Shown here: piece after piece, positions 1 through 11,722 of the stretch
Layout of the letters: every line of letters begins with the position of its first letter
Numbering within the stretch: the first letter of the stretch is position 1
DNA from: Tubiluchus corallicola
Taxonomy: Eukaryota > Animalia > Priapulida
Direction of reading: 5' to 3'
Assembly: GCA_030141605.1 (NCBI GenBank)
Contig: JAQGDQ010000001.1
Location: 2,418,001-2,482,000 of the forward strand
DNA: 64,000 nt
Notes under the pieces: generated by a model
Told to the model about the DNA's origin: nothing
Databases searched by the model: none
What the model saw: only the letters and a program-made list of their open reading frames with translations
Translations under genes and position numbers: made by a program

Positions 1-784
1 AGTCATACAGAAAAAGTCTGTGTCTATGCGGGCGCAGTGGAAACTTCGACTTAGTTTCTTTTACAGTAGGTAAACTGTAGAAAGTGTTCAGGAAGTTGAG
101 ATGTTTATAGAAAAATCTAGAAGCTGCTGCCGGTCACGTCTTCACGCACAACTTGCAGTTTTCATCTTCCTTAGCTACCCAATGTTTATCTTGGAGTCTG
201 GAGAAAGTTTAGTAGGTCGCCGTGGTTAAACGTCAGCTTGTATTAATGGTCGAAGAAAAGTGTTACAGTGGCAAAGAACATCTAGTTTAATAGCTAACCG
301 GTTTTTCATACAGTCACGACTTGCGAGGGACGTCATTTTCAAAACACCTTAACACGTACTATTAAAAATTACGAGTGTTTGCAGCTTAATTTGGTTGCAT
401 GTAAAACTGTATTTTAAATTTTTCAAGTGTATAGTGTATGCATACTAGTTCGACGACCTAGGCAAAAGTATTTTTATTTAGTGGGCCCTGAGCGGTCACC
501 TCCTTATCCAACGGTCCCCACCTTATCCCCAAAATTGAATTTTTGTTGTATATAATAAAATATAATGATACCTGCATGTTAGTTTCCTGTTACAACTTGT
601 GTTGATTGAATTTGAAATTGAATTTATGAGCCCATTGACCTGTGTCTTCAGGAGCAGTCAAAATTTTTGCAATTTCGGATGCACACTCTTCATATCGTAT
701 TCTTTCCTAGAATTTCCTTCAGCCTTTTCGTCAAAAGATTTTGAAGCCCTAACTCCTCTTTTTCACGTACATCTATTTCACTAG

Positions 785-1491
785 TTTCGTTATCTTCACT
801 ATAATACAAATTTTATGATATACGATATATACGATACTAGGGTTTTGTATTTATGTTGGAAAATAGACTAATGTTCTCTGTATTGCAAACTGACGTTAAA
901 TAAAGTAAACTGTAACTGCAAGTTTGGTTGTAACTTCATTAACAAATCTTGTTGTTCGATATCCGCCATTATTTTTCCTTTTGTTTGTATTATGCTCCTG
1001 AAGGCTTCGATTTTTATCAGTTTATCTGCCGTAATTACAGTCGAGGCCAAAAGTTCAAGCCCACCTGTGATTATGACGTGAATTTTGAGGTTTTTTTGGT
1101 ATTCAGTACCATATATTTTCCCTCATTGGTGGACCGATTCGTACACACGATGGCCATTAGGAAGATAATTGAAAATTGCAAATAAATGTTTGTGTTGCGC
1201 ATGCGCAGGACTTACGAGATGATGACGTCATCGCATTGATGACGTTATCAGTACGGTTGCGGGAATTGTCTTAGACGGACTCTTGGCAGTAGCTTCCACC
1301 CCAGTCGTCTGATTATGTTGGATGGTAATTCTAATGAAAGGTAAGAGGATGAGTGATCAACTGTGCATGCGCATATGTCTCCGACTTGATGACGTCATCC
1401 TCGCTGTGACGTCATCAATGCTTGTTATCCCTTCGAGACTGTGATTTCATAATTAACTTTGATTCAAAACTGAATTACAGAGATAACGAAA
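785..1491. mobile_element. Putative MITE-like element carrying repeated GCGCATGCGC/TGACGTCA modules
   Basis: 11-bp inverted repeat TTTCGTTATCT (785) / AGATAACGAAA (1481), with an internal duplicated module at about 1196-1250 and 1362-1418. No TSD identified. Confidence 0.4.
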
Positions 1492-2293
1492 TATTTTTAT
1501 CGTTAAACATGGAACTCATTCGTGGAATCACCATGAACATTGCTTTCAAAAAATTCTGCTGCTTCCTTTTCTAGAATGACTTGAAATGTCCTTTTACTGT
1601 GTATTAATCACTTCTAAATGCTTGGTTTCAGTATTTCGTATGACCTCCTACTTAATCAGGTTAAGTAGAATTTAAGATATGTCATATTCCTTTTTGGCTT
1701 ATTTTGTGTTTTGCTTTTAGTATATAATCTATATTAATTGCAGTGCATGGAGTGCCTAGACTCCCTCAGGCCGTGCTTTATACTTACACAAAATGTAATG
1801 TGTAGGTAAATCATAGCCTCTTATGCAGCTATGGTAGTGTATATGTCACATATATGCTATGGTAAAAGACTAAAACGTGGTCTCTCACTTTTTCATTTTC
1901 AATGAAAAGGGAGTAACTATTTTGCTTGATCGGCAAATTTATGCAAATTAGCCTTTTTAGCTTGGGTCCAATGAGGAGAAATTGGTCAAACCTGCCATAA
2001 ATTGACCCTACTAGCAACCATAAAAGAACCTTTTTACAAAGAATTATTCAAGGAATACCATAATTTAGATTTGCTAAGCGACTTGAGCGGTCCATAATGC
2101 CTACATTTTTAATATTTATTTATTACGAGTTTTCACAAGTGCAGGGTGGATTGAGGGAAACTGAGCTAACTGTAAATTGGAATTTCATTTTACATACGTT
2201 ATGCATAAAGTAGTTACACTTGTAGATTTCATATAAATAACACTATAAATTAGGAACCTACTAACCTAGTAATAAAGTATTTTATCTTATTGT

Positions 2294-2416
2294 TTAAAGT
2301 AGCCCAAGGTGATGTATGTACATTGCATACATATAAATTTAGTCTTCAAATATTTTATCTCATTACTTAAAGTAGCCCAAGGTGATATATGCGCTTTACA
2401 TATATATATAAATTTA
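2294..2416. repeat. Diverged tandem duplication, period about 73 bp
   Basis: TTAAAGTAGCCCAAGGTGAT..ATATAAATTTA occurs twice. Confidence 0.8.
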
Positions 2417-2500
2417 ATCTCCTGATCAGATAAATTCATTGGACCATGCATTATTTTCATTAATTAAACATTGCTAAATCGTTTTTTTTATATCTTGCAG

Positions 2501-5500
2501 TGCCTAAACAGTCACGATCTAGTCGAGCTGTGGAAAAACCATTTGATCACTGACACTGCATTTACTCAGTTGTGTCCAAATATAATCAAGGGAAGTGAAA
2601 TTGAATCATGTTCTGACCTTGATTCTGGTTCTCAGGAACATAGCCTTAAGGCAGATGAAGGTTCTCCCACTGAAGAGTCTAAGACAAAGCCGTCAACTTC
2701 AGAAAGTAAATAATTTAAATTATAAATTATATACAAACCTTTATTACTGACCTTAATGCCCTGAAGGTATTTTTAATGTTAAGCTCAAATCACATGTCAA
2801 GCTTTGCCCACACCTTCTACCATTAGTACTATATTTTATTGATGAAAAAAATATTAGAATGAGGTACAGTGTGCAAAAGTTCTAGCGTGACATCACTGGT
2901 ATCTCACACTGGGCTGCTTTATTATTACAGCATTGTTAATTTTCTGTTTTTGGTCATTTCTGCTTTTTAAATGTTTCATTGCCAAGTTGCCTAGTGCCAG
3001 ATGAACTGGGGAGCAAAGCAGCATGTCAGAGTTTGTTCCCTATCTCCAGTGACGGTTTGGGCCTGAGCAGCCGGAGCTACACTATTTGACTTAATGTGAG
3101 GTTCATAACTGAAACTGAAAACTAAGTAAAAATGCTTTTCAAACAGCACTTTAACTCTTTAAAAGAGTACTCTCTCCATTTTTAGACACCAGGGAAACAT
3201 TTCTGGCATTTTTTCGAATATGCAAATGATGTCCCAGAGAATTCAAAAATATTCTCGTAGTCTAAAATTTGACTGCTGTATAATTTTTGTGCAGTCGTGC
3301 ACCTTTGTTCTAAGTGTTGCTTCTACGAAGGTTTTTTCGCCTTGTCTAACAGGATAGATATGTAATTTGTCCTTCAGTACTGCTATTTCTTAATGTTGAT
3401 ATGAAACAAGTTTTTAAATGCGATTGAATTTATGCATTCACCCATGTCTGTTAATGCACACACTATTTTAAAAGGTTATGATATATATATATACATTTCA
3501 ATTGATCATTTAATAAAATTGGCAAATAAATCTCTGGGCAGTTACCAATTAGGAAATTTAAAAGAGATCTATGTTTATGATTTAAGTCTGAGTTTCTGTG
3601 TTTGTCTGCACAAAAGATGTAGTACAAAAAAGTTAATTGTGGATTTCAACAAAATTTTGTCATAGTAGGCTATGGGTTAAACAACAGCTAACTGGATTTG
3701 GCGATGTTTGATTATGAAATTTCTAGAAAAGAATCACTAATTTTTATTGGCACAATTACGTATGGGGTCTGTTTCGGCTGTAATGCTGCATAATGCTCAG
3801 AACTAAATGTACACCTAGTTTGTTGAGTATTCTGTACCTAATTTCAGAATTTAAACCTATATTAAAAACACTTTCACTCCCTTAATAGTATTTGTTTCTA
3901 ATTGAAACCAAGAAGGTTTATTTTTAATTTTATTAAGTTTCATTTATGTTTTCAATAGATTGCATAAATACCCTTTTTACAGTATGGGGTTATGGCATCT
4001 TGGCTGTGACAATTATCAGTGCTTGTTCAATAACGGGTGTCTTATTGCTGCCTGTGATGGGAAAGAGCTTATATAAAAAAATTCTCATGTTCTTCATTAG
4101 TCTTGGAGTAGGAACGTTACTCGGCAGTGCAGTGTTTCACTTAGTGCCTCATGTAAGTCGTATGAAAGAACTATATGAATTTTTAGTGTTGTATTGATTA
4201 ATAATTTCTTTCTATCTGAATATGTAAAACTGTGTGAAATCAAAAGGACATTGTATCATGTTTCCCTTCACAGATACTGCTTAACAGTGATTGTTGACGT
4301 GTGGTTGCAGAATCTGTAAATTGTATTCGCAGAGAAAGTGCAGCTTACAATGACTCACCTTGGCCTTGTTACCAACTATTTTGTTTATAAGCAAATTTTA
4401 AATGATGTTCGGCGGAGGTTTAGATAGGCTTAATAAAACCTCTAAATGTTTATTAGTTTGCCAGAAGTTTAATAATTTGTTACAAGTGCTTGGTGCATAT
4501 GGTCTGTTATGTTTTCACATAATTATGAAAAATCGATATTGAATGCTGTGACACTATGACTATACTACTAGCACTTATTTCCCCAAATAAGCGGATTTTC
4601 CCTTTCCATAATCACTAAAAAAACTGTTACCATATTGTTCTGAACTTGACCACAGTTAAGAAGTTTTAACATGTAAGTTATTGAATGGCAAGACTGACTT
4701 TTAGTTACAATACACATAACTTTACTTTTGCTTGCTGTTTTTCGCCCATTCATTTAATTTAGTCGTGTTGTTGGTTACACTTGCATCTTTTAATGAGCTC
4801 ATTAATTTTTTATTTGTTTTAGACGTTAGATCTTACGACTGGTCCTGACGTGGATCCTGATGAAAAATTCTTGAATAAACTCATTTTGGTGACCGTCGGC
4901 ATTTACGTATTTTTTCTTACGGATAGGATTATGAAAGTACATATGTTTCATAGAGAGGTATGTTATGTTTCAGACTATTCAGTGGAGATTTTAGTTGATC
5001 TGTGACATCATAACTGCAACTTGAATAGAGGATATTGCTTTCATTAGAACAAGTATATCGTTGTAAAAATGTACTTTCATAAAACATGTTGAAAGTTGTA
5101 ACTGGCATTAGCATTTCTTCAAATTACTGCAAGTCTGTAGTCAGTTTTGTGTGCTAAATTATACAATTTTGTTTTGAAGTGCTTTAAAAACACAAGTCTC
5201 AAAAAGTATTTTTGACTTGTTTCTGTTTGTTAGAAAATGATTTAATTAAAAGAGCATGTTTACTAAGTAATAATGCCACCTCTAGAGTAATTTTTAGATT
5301 GCATGGACTTCATGAAATGTATTTCTTAGCGTCTGAGCCAGCAGCTCGAAATTGGACAGCTCCTAAGTGTGGGCAGAGTAATTAGCTTGTTCAAACAGTT
5401 TGTTTCATGCAATGATCTGTTGGGGACTGGGGGTGGGTGAGTGGGAAGGCATTTAATTCTTCGGCCAGTGTTGGTTTGATCTAAATGTTCAAAATTGCCA

Positions 5501-7970
5501 GACACTTAGTTGGGGAAGGTATAATTTCTTTATTAAAATTTGGTGCATTTAATAAAAGCCAACACTTTGATTGAGTGTGATTCAAGGTATTGGTGTATCA
5601 TATCTCTTCAAGTATTCAAGCTAGGGGCTTGAAACTCTATTTTTCATTGGTAAATTGTCCCTTCCAACTAGCTGTAACAGTGATTAGTTGGAAGGGAGCA
5701 GTAGGCCGATTGAAAGTTGACAGTTTTTGACCAACAGAATAAATTTGCACGAATAACTGGAAGAAATGAATTAATTAAAGAACAATTGGCATCCGGTTGG
5801 CAAAATGCAAGGTTTTTTATTCAAATATTTATGAAAAAGATGCTTTTGTTAATGAAGTGAATTCTTATTTCATTTTTATGCTTGAATAGCGAAGGCACTG
5901 ACTATTATTATATGCGTTTCTAATACACTTCGGTGCACTGAAACCAGAATCCAGCACTTAAGGAAAGCATGTTCAATGATTTTTGTGACAGTGACTGAAT
6001 CCTGGCTCACTATCAAGGATATCCTTCTAAGACCAGCCGTTGAATAGCTGAAAGGTCCTTACGTCCTTCCTCTACGAGGTACATAGTTAACGTTTAAGAA
6101 TTATATTGCCTGGAGCGAGCTAGTATTGAGCAGAGGCGCTCACATGCCACTTACATGACAGTGTGCATGCCTAACCACTTAGCCACAAATCTCGCCACGA
6201 ACTGTTGTTAATTGTTGCTTATATTTGCAGCAAAAAAGAGTGGAAAGGGATGGACCTAGGCTTACCAAGACAGAGACGGCCGAGTCAAGGCTAAGTGAAG
6301 TTGTATCTGAAAATGGTAATCCTGTTGGCTTAAGCATAAAAAAGATTCAAGACGAAAATGATGTTAAAGTCACAGAAATGAGCTTAAAAGATGTAGGTAT
6401 ACCCACCAGATATTGCAAAGTACATATTCCACAGCCTTTAACTTATAGATGGACTTGCATAACTAACTTCAGTTGTATTGAGACTTAGATTTTCGGAATT
6501 TGCTGTATATTATTACAAATGACAGTCATAAAGTAATTAGCTTTTGCTAATTTCGTCATTTTAGAACTGGAGCTGTTGAAGTTATTACATGCTAGAATTG
6601 AGGAATTGTCTGCTAAAGTCGATATTGTCTGTAAAATGATTTCACCAGTTTACAACAAAACCATTTGATGTTTTTCAGCTGAAACCAGCATACAGCCATG
6701 AGCATATACCATTTAATCAAGAAGAAAACATCATAGCAGCAGTTGCATGGATGATTTTACTAGGTGATGGAATGCACAATTTTGTGGATGGTTTGTCTAT
6801 AGGTGCTGCTTTTTCTGATGACATTTGGATTGGCGTTAGTATATCACTGGCTGTATTTTGTGAAGAATTTCCTCACGAGTTGGGTAAGTGGATATTTTAA
6901 TGCTACTAATAACTGACAATTCTTTATTTTTATGCCTTGTCAAGTGCTCTTAGTTTTACATTGCTTGGATTGTCAGCAATCTAGCTCGAGTTTTAGCATT
7001 CATATTTGCAGACTCATTATTAACAAATATTATTGCTCTTAGCTGGCTTGCAAAGTTTTGAGAATATGTGCCAGGTAGAGTAACAAGTACTGTACAAAAA
7101 TGACTTTGCAAGTGACTTGCAAGTATGCACATAAATTTTTAATGTTTATGGGATTGAGTTGTTGATTAGATGGTAATGCTTCCAGGTGATTTTGCAATCT
7201 TGCTGAATTCCGGGATGACAATGAAACAAGCAGTTTTTTACAACTTGGCATCAGCCGGGACATGTTATATTGGCCTAGTAGTCGGCATTTTACTGGGTGA
7301 CCTGCCTGAAGCATCAGTATACATTTTTGGTTTTGCAGCTGGAATGTTCTTTTACATCTCATTGGCAGCTATGGTTAGTTCTTTTATTATTTTAGACTGG
7401 CTATTATTTACTATTTATTATTATTTAGTGTTAATTTAGTATTATTTTATTAAATTTTAGTTGATTCAAACTGCATTGAATGGTTACAATTCCAGTAAGT
7501 ATGTTATTATGCTCTGATGTAGATCTGAAACCACACAACCAAGAGTTACAAATAGAAATTAAGCAATTATTGAGTGAAACATGGAATGCACATAACAAAT
7601 GTGCACAATTAGAAGTTCATTTAAGGAAACAGAAAACCAGCAATTTAAACACAGGTCTTCAATTTCGTGGATAATTTTAACAGAATATTTACCCACTACT
7701 CATGTATGATATCTGATGATACCCTTTTTTTCCTAATTTTTTTTATTGTAATGTTCGCATTGCCTTGTTTTATATCTTATGCATGAGCAAAATTCAACAG
7801 TATTATTTTTTTCAACTTAGATGCCAGAAATGGCAAGCGATTTGGAGAAGGCACTGAAAGATGGCCGAGGCTATTTTGTCCTTCTTTTACAAAACATCGG
7901 CTTCATCATTGGTATCATTATTATGTTTATTATGGCAAAATATGGTGGAGACATCGTTGTTGGAGATTGA
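2501..7970 (+). CDS. SLC39A14: ZIP8/ZIP14-like (SLC39A, LIV-1 subfamily) divalent metal transporter, 5'-partial, 7 exons in window
   Basis: Phase-consistent GT-AG exons: 2501-2705, 3983-4152 (WGYGILAVTIISACS..LGSAVFHLVPH), 4823-4957, 6231-6392, 6679-6883 (AVAWMILLGDGMHNFVDG..CEEFPHELG), 7186-7373 (DFAILLNSGM..FYISLAAM) and 7821-7970 (MPEM..LLQNIG..TGA). EEFPHE is the ZIP8/14 version of the TM5 motif; ZIP8 and ZIP14 cannot be told apart here. Start exon not located. Confidence 0.92.
5990..6190 (-). mobile_element. Decayed tRNA-derived SINE head
   Basis: Minus-strand A-box TGGCTAAGTGG (6175-6185) followed by a degenerate B-box-like GCTCAATAC; no cloverleaf. Confidence 0.35.
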
Positions 7971-8221
7971 TTTTAATCACTATTGTTTAGATGTTCAGTC
8001 AAACCTAATGAATATGGTAAGCACAAATGTGGTAACGCACAATGTCTTGCGTGCTTGATTAATCATTTCCCAGTGATAAAAATAGCCAGTGTTTAAATGC
8101 AAATCAGCACTACTTGCCAAAAATTTTTAACCATGTGGAATATGTTCATTAATATGGATTATACTATGCATGATGTTGAAACCGAGCAGTTTGTGCAAAG
8201 GCGTAATTAGCTGTTGTTTTA

Positions 8222-8267
8222 TTAGCAATGATTTGTTGAACCCTGGTAACCGGTTCTTTTTGGTTTT
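8222..8267 (+). repeat. 46-nt motif, copy 1 (candidate structured 3'UTR element)
   Basis: TTAGCAATGATTTGTTGAACCCTGGTAACCGGTTCTTTTTGGTTTT; 43/46 identical to 10310-10355. Confidence 0.85.
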
Positions 8268-8333
8268 CAATATCATTATGTTTTCATAGCTACATGAGTG
8301 TGATGTTTACGTTTGACATGCCCGTTAGACTTG

Positions 8334-8959
8334 AGGTAGGACTCCATGTGCACGTAATGCGTGATGCGTATTGACTGTTTCTATGCATCCGTTAATGCTA
8401 TGCTTACGATGCTCTTTGCACCATTTTCAGTTGCTGAATTAAAAAAAAATAATTAAAAAAATTGGAATCACAAATTTTTGGAAACTATGACTCTGTCGAA
8501 AGATCAGCACGACAATAATCAAGAAATAATTGCAGCAGCGGCATTAGCTTTTCATTGCACTATTAGGTTAAAAAAGCACACGCTTTATGTCATGAAATTT
8601 TGCAGGACGGAGAACAATATGGCAGATTACCACTTAGTGCAAGATGTGCAACAAGATGTAGAATAACATAATTATATGCTTTTTCCACATCCCAGAAACT
8701 CAGGTGCAATATAAGTTCTGAAGTGAAACTCAAATAACCAAGAAGCCAATCAGCGAAAACGGTCACTGGAAGCTGAAAACCTCACTAAATCACCTAGGCA
8801 ATAGCAGTTTCCTGCCTGCGTATTGCATAGGGTATTCACATTTAAAGAATACGGATTGCGCATTACGTGCACAGTCATGGAAACAGCTCCACATATTTAA
8901 ATACAAACTGTTGTATATGCACTACGCATTACGTGTTACGCATACATTGAATCCTACCT
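8334..8959 (+). mobile_element. PIF/Harbinger deletion derivative downstream of the ZIP stop codon
   Basis: Imperfect TIRs AGGTAGGA(C/T)TC..CACGTAATGCG and flanks TTG/TTA. A frameshifted HEILQDGEQYG../DYHLVQDVQQD (about 8591-8660) resembles a Harbinger transposase N-terminus. Confidence 0.65.
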
Positions 8960-10309
8960 TTATGGTTAAATTTCTGCTAGACATACAAAATGTTGCTGCT
9001 ATTAATATGCCATTAAATGTTGCTTGTTAGCATTAATGTGCCATGCATTAGATGTCTTGATTTAGGACATCTGCTAGCCAACGTTAATCCCAGTATTGCT
9101 TATTTGCTAGTTCGAGCTTATTTTATGGAATTTATGTTACGCTTAATAAGGTTTTCTATGAAATTGAGTGCATGAAGTTCATTAGTTTTGCTTTCAAGTT
9201 TTTTGTTCAAAATTTTATGGGAATTTAGAATGATAACCCTGAAAAACTCCCAAATTGCTGCTGTAGTAGTCTTTGTTTGCACTTAATTTGGCTAATCGTC
9301 TCATAAATTGCAAGCAATTATCTATTTTTTGAAGCCTTGTAAAATTTACTGGTTTCATAACATACATTTTATAAACCTCTTATGCATTAAGTTTGTTTTA
9401 TTGGTACTTTAAAATCGTGATTTCAAGGAGTTACTTTTAACTCGGTCAAGCCGCGAGAAAGCCTTTGTTTGGAAGAGTTACAGTAAACCCTCGTTATAGC
9501 AGACTTTAATTATAATAGATTATTTTTTCACATATCTGATCCACTATGGTTGAATCTTACAAGTCCGTCAGTTAGTGCTTCACAGCCAAATGTGTACATT
9601 GTGTGTTTACTTGAGCAAACACACATTGCTTAGTTTTGCTCATTTGTCTATGTGATCTAGGGCATATAAATTAAATAAAGCAGTCTGCATGCCATATATT
9701 AATTACTTTTGCTAGATTAATTAACTAATGGCTGCTGAAAACTGATCTGTGGAAAGAGCTATTACAGTTAATAGTGTTTTTACATATTACATATTAACGT
9801 GTTTTTTTCCGTTATTATAAAATTGTTCAAACGACCTTTTAAGCTGCACTTAGCTGGGCAAACCACCATTCATGGCCGAAAACTCGCATATATGTTTCAC
9901 GTTCAAACATTAGGACTTATCTCAACAACAGCAATCCATGTGCACATTGTACATAAAGACAACTAGTCAAATCGAATGAAATGAAATACAAATAAAGTAG
10001 TGAACGAAAAAATAATGTAACATTAGTTTCAATGTAACATAAAGGGCGATAACTGATAATTAGTGTTAAGTAATTAGTTATTGCAATTTATTGTGGATTT
10101 TGCCATGCTTTAGTGAAAGTGATATTTCTATACATTAATTATCAACGTCTGAATGCGAAACATATATGCGAGTCTGTTATCTGAAACCTACAAAATATAT
10201 GCAGAAGTTTGTCTTCCTCAGCGGGAAACAACCAGGTCTGGACTGGCCACTAAACCATGCTTCGAGGAACGCATGGGCCTTTGGACCTTTTTCACAAATG
10301 ACGCCTTTT

Positions 10310-10355
10310 TTAGCAATGAATTGTTGAACCCCGGTAACCGGTTCTTTGTGGTTTT
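10310..10355 (+). repeat. 46-nt motif, copy 2
   Basis: TTAGCAATGAATTGTTGAACCCCGGTAACCGGTTCTTTGTGGTTTT. Confidence 0.85.
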
Positions 10356-11438
10356 TCACTGGTGACCAACATATTCTGAATGTATTTAAACTCGTTATTT
10401 ATGCTCGAAATTATAAAGTATGGCAGGAACCTGATAAGCTTTTGTATTAAAGCTCAGTTTTTAGTGGTTTTAAAGCTTAAAATTATTTTGAGCATAAAAA
10501 TTCTATGCTTTAAAATATAGATAAATGCACTTGCAACATAAGTAATCATTCTTATCACAACAAAGTAAACACTTCTTATCACTAAATCTCAGCAGTCTAT
10601 TAGTTTAACCCTTCAATTTCAGTGCTAAATAGTCTTTAGTGTGTGCAGTATTTGTAGATGAAAATGCGTAATAATGAAGGCAAGTTTATCAACTGTTGTT
10701 ATCCCATTTCAGAAGCAAGCTGAAGGGAATTGCTTAGCGTTTACAAAAAATATACCAGTAAGTGTTGATGATTATAAACTAGGTATTCTCACTCGCTGGT
10801 CCTTTTTTCCAATGAGATGTATGAGATATTGGGGTGTCTTCATTTATGACAGCCTATTGTCATTTTTAACGGATTACTCTTCCTCCCAATTACTCTGTTG
10901 TAACGAGGCTTTACTGTACATAGTTTGGTATTATAGTATTTGCTATCTAAATTGTTATTTCATGCATAGTTGGATACACGTGTCATTTTGCAAATCCTGT
11001 CTGTAAATGCTATTTATTTTTAGTCAATTATTTTGCAGTGCAATATTATAAGTAAACTCTCTAGTAAGGTTGTGTTGTCCTAGAAAATTATAGCCATTTC
11101 AAGCATTTATGTTTCTGTTCAGAATGCTTACATATCACTTCGAAATGCTGTTGGGCAAAATCGCTTTTATCCAGTTGAGATCCTTCATTTATGAAGCAGT
11201 TTAGGAGGTACTGTTTTGCTAAAATAATTGTATGAATCTCGGGTTCACAAGACCCAGAACTGTTTACATTTAGTTATTGGGCTTTTGTACTTTGTAGCAG
11301 TTTTTCAAATTTGCTGTGATAGACAGAGCTTGATAAGTAATTATTTGTTAGTTTCTGTGGAGAAGAGAAATCCGAGGAGTTTTGTTCATTGTTGTTATGC
11401 CATTGCTAGTCTTTGTTTGTTTATATATAGACAGACAG

Positions 11439-11722
11439 ACAGACATTTTCTGTCTGTCTATATAATTTAGATATGTGGATAAGAAATAGGTGCAGTTTGT
11501 AGCTATGGTTTACTTACCCTAATTATTTATCACGCAAATGGTGTAGAGTCTATCATTGCTTGTTCTGGTAGACGTATGTGACAGACATTTTCTGTCTGTC
11601 TATATAATTTAGATATGTGGATAAGAAATAGGTGTACTTTGTAGCTATGGTTTACTTACCCTAATTATTTATCACGCAAATGGTGTAGAGTCTATCATTG
11701 CTTGTTCTGGTAGACGTATGTG
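11439..11722. repeat. 142-bp tandem duplication
   Basis: 11439-11580 and 11581-11722 are nearly identical. Confidence 0.95.

Noticed and set aside
8227-8260. SECIS reading of the repeated motif (AUGA..AA)
   Set aside because: AUGA-to-AA spacing is 7 nt, there is no 3' GA quartet, and no in-frame UGA needs recoding.
10614-10632. IRE-like C-AATTT-CAGTGC downstream of ZIP
   Set aside because: The 3' arm (TAAAT) does not pair with the 5-bp upper stem in register. Other CAGTG sites (about 8071, 8087) also lack the stem and C bulge.
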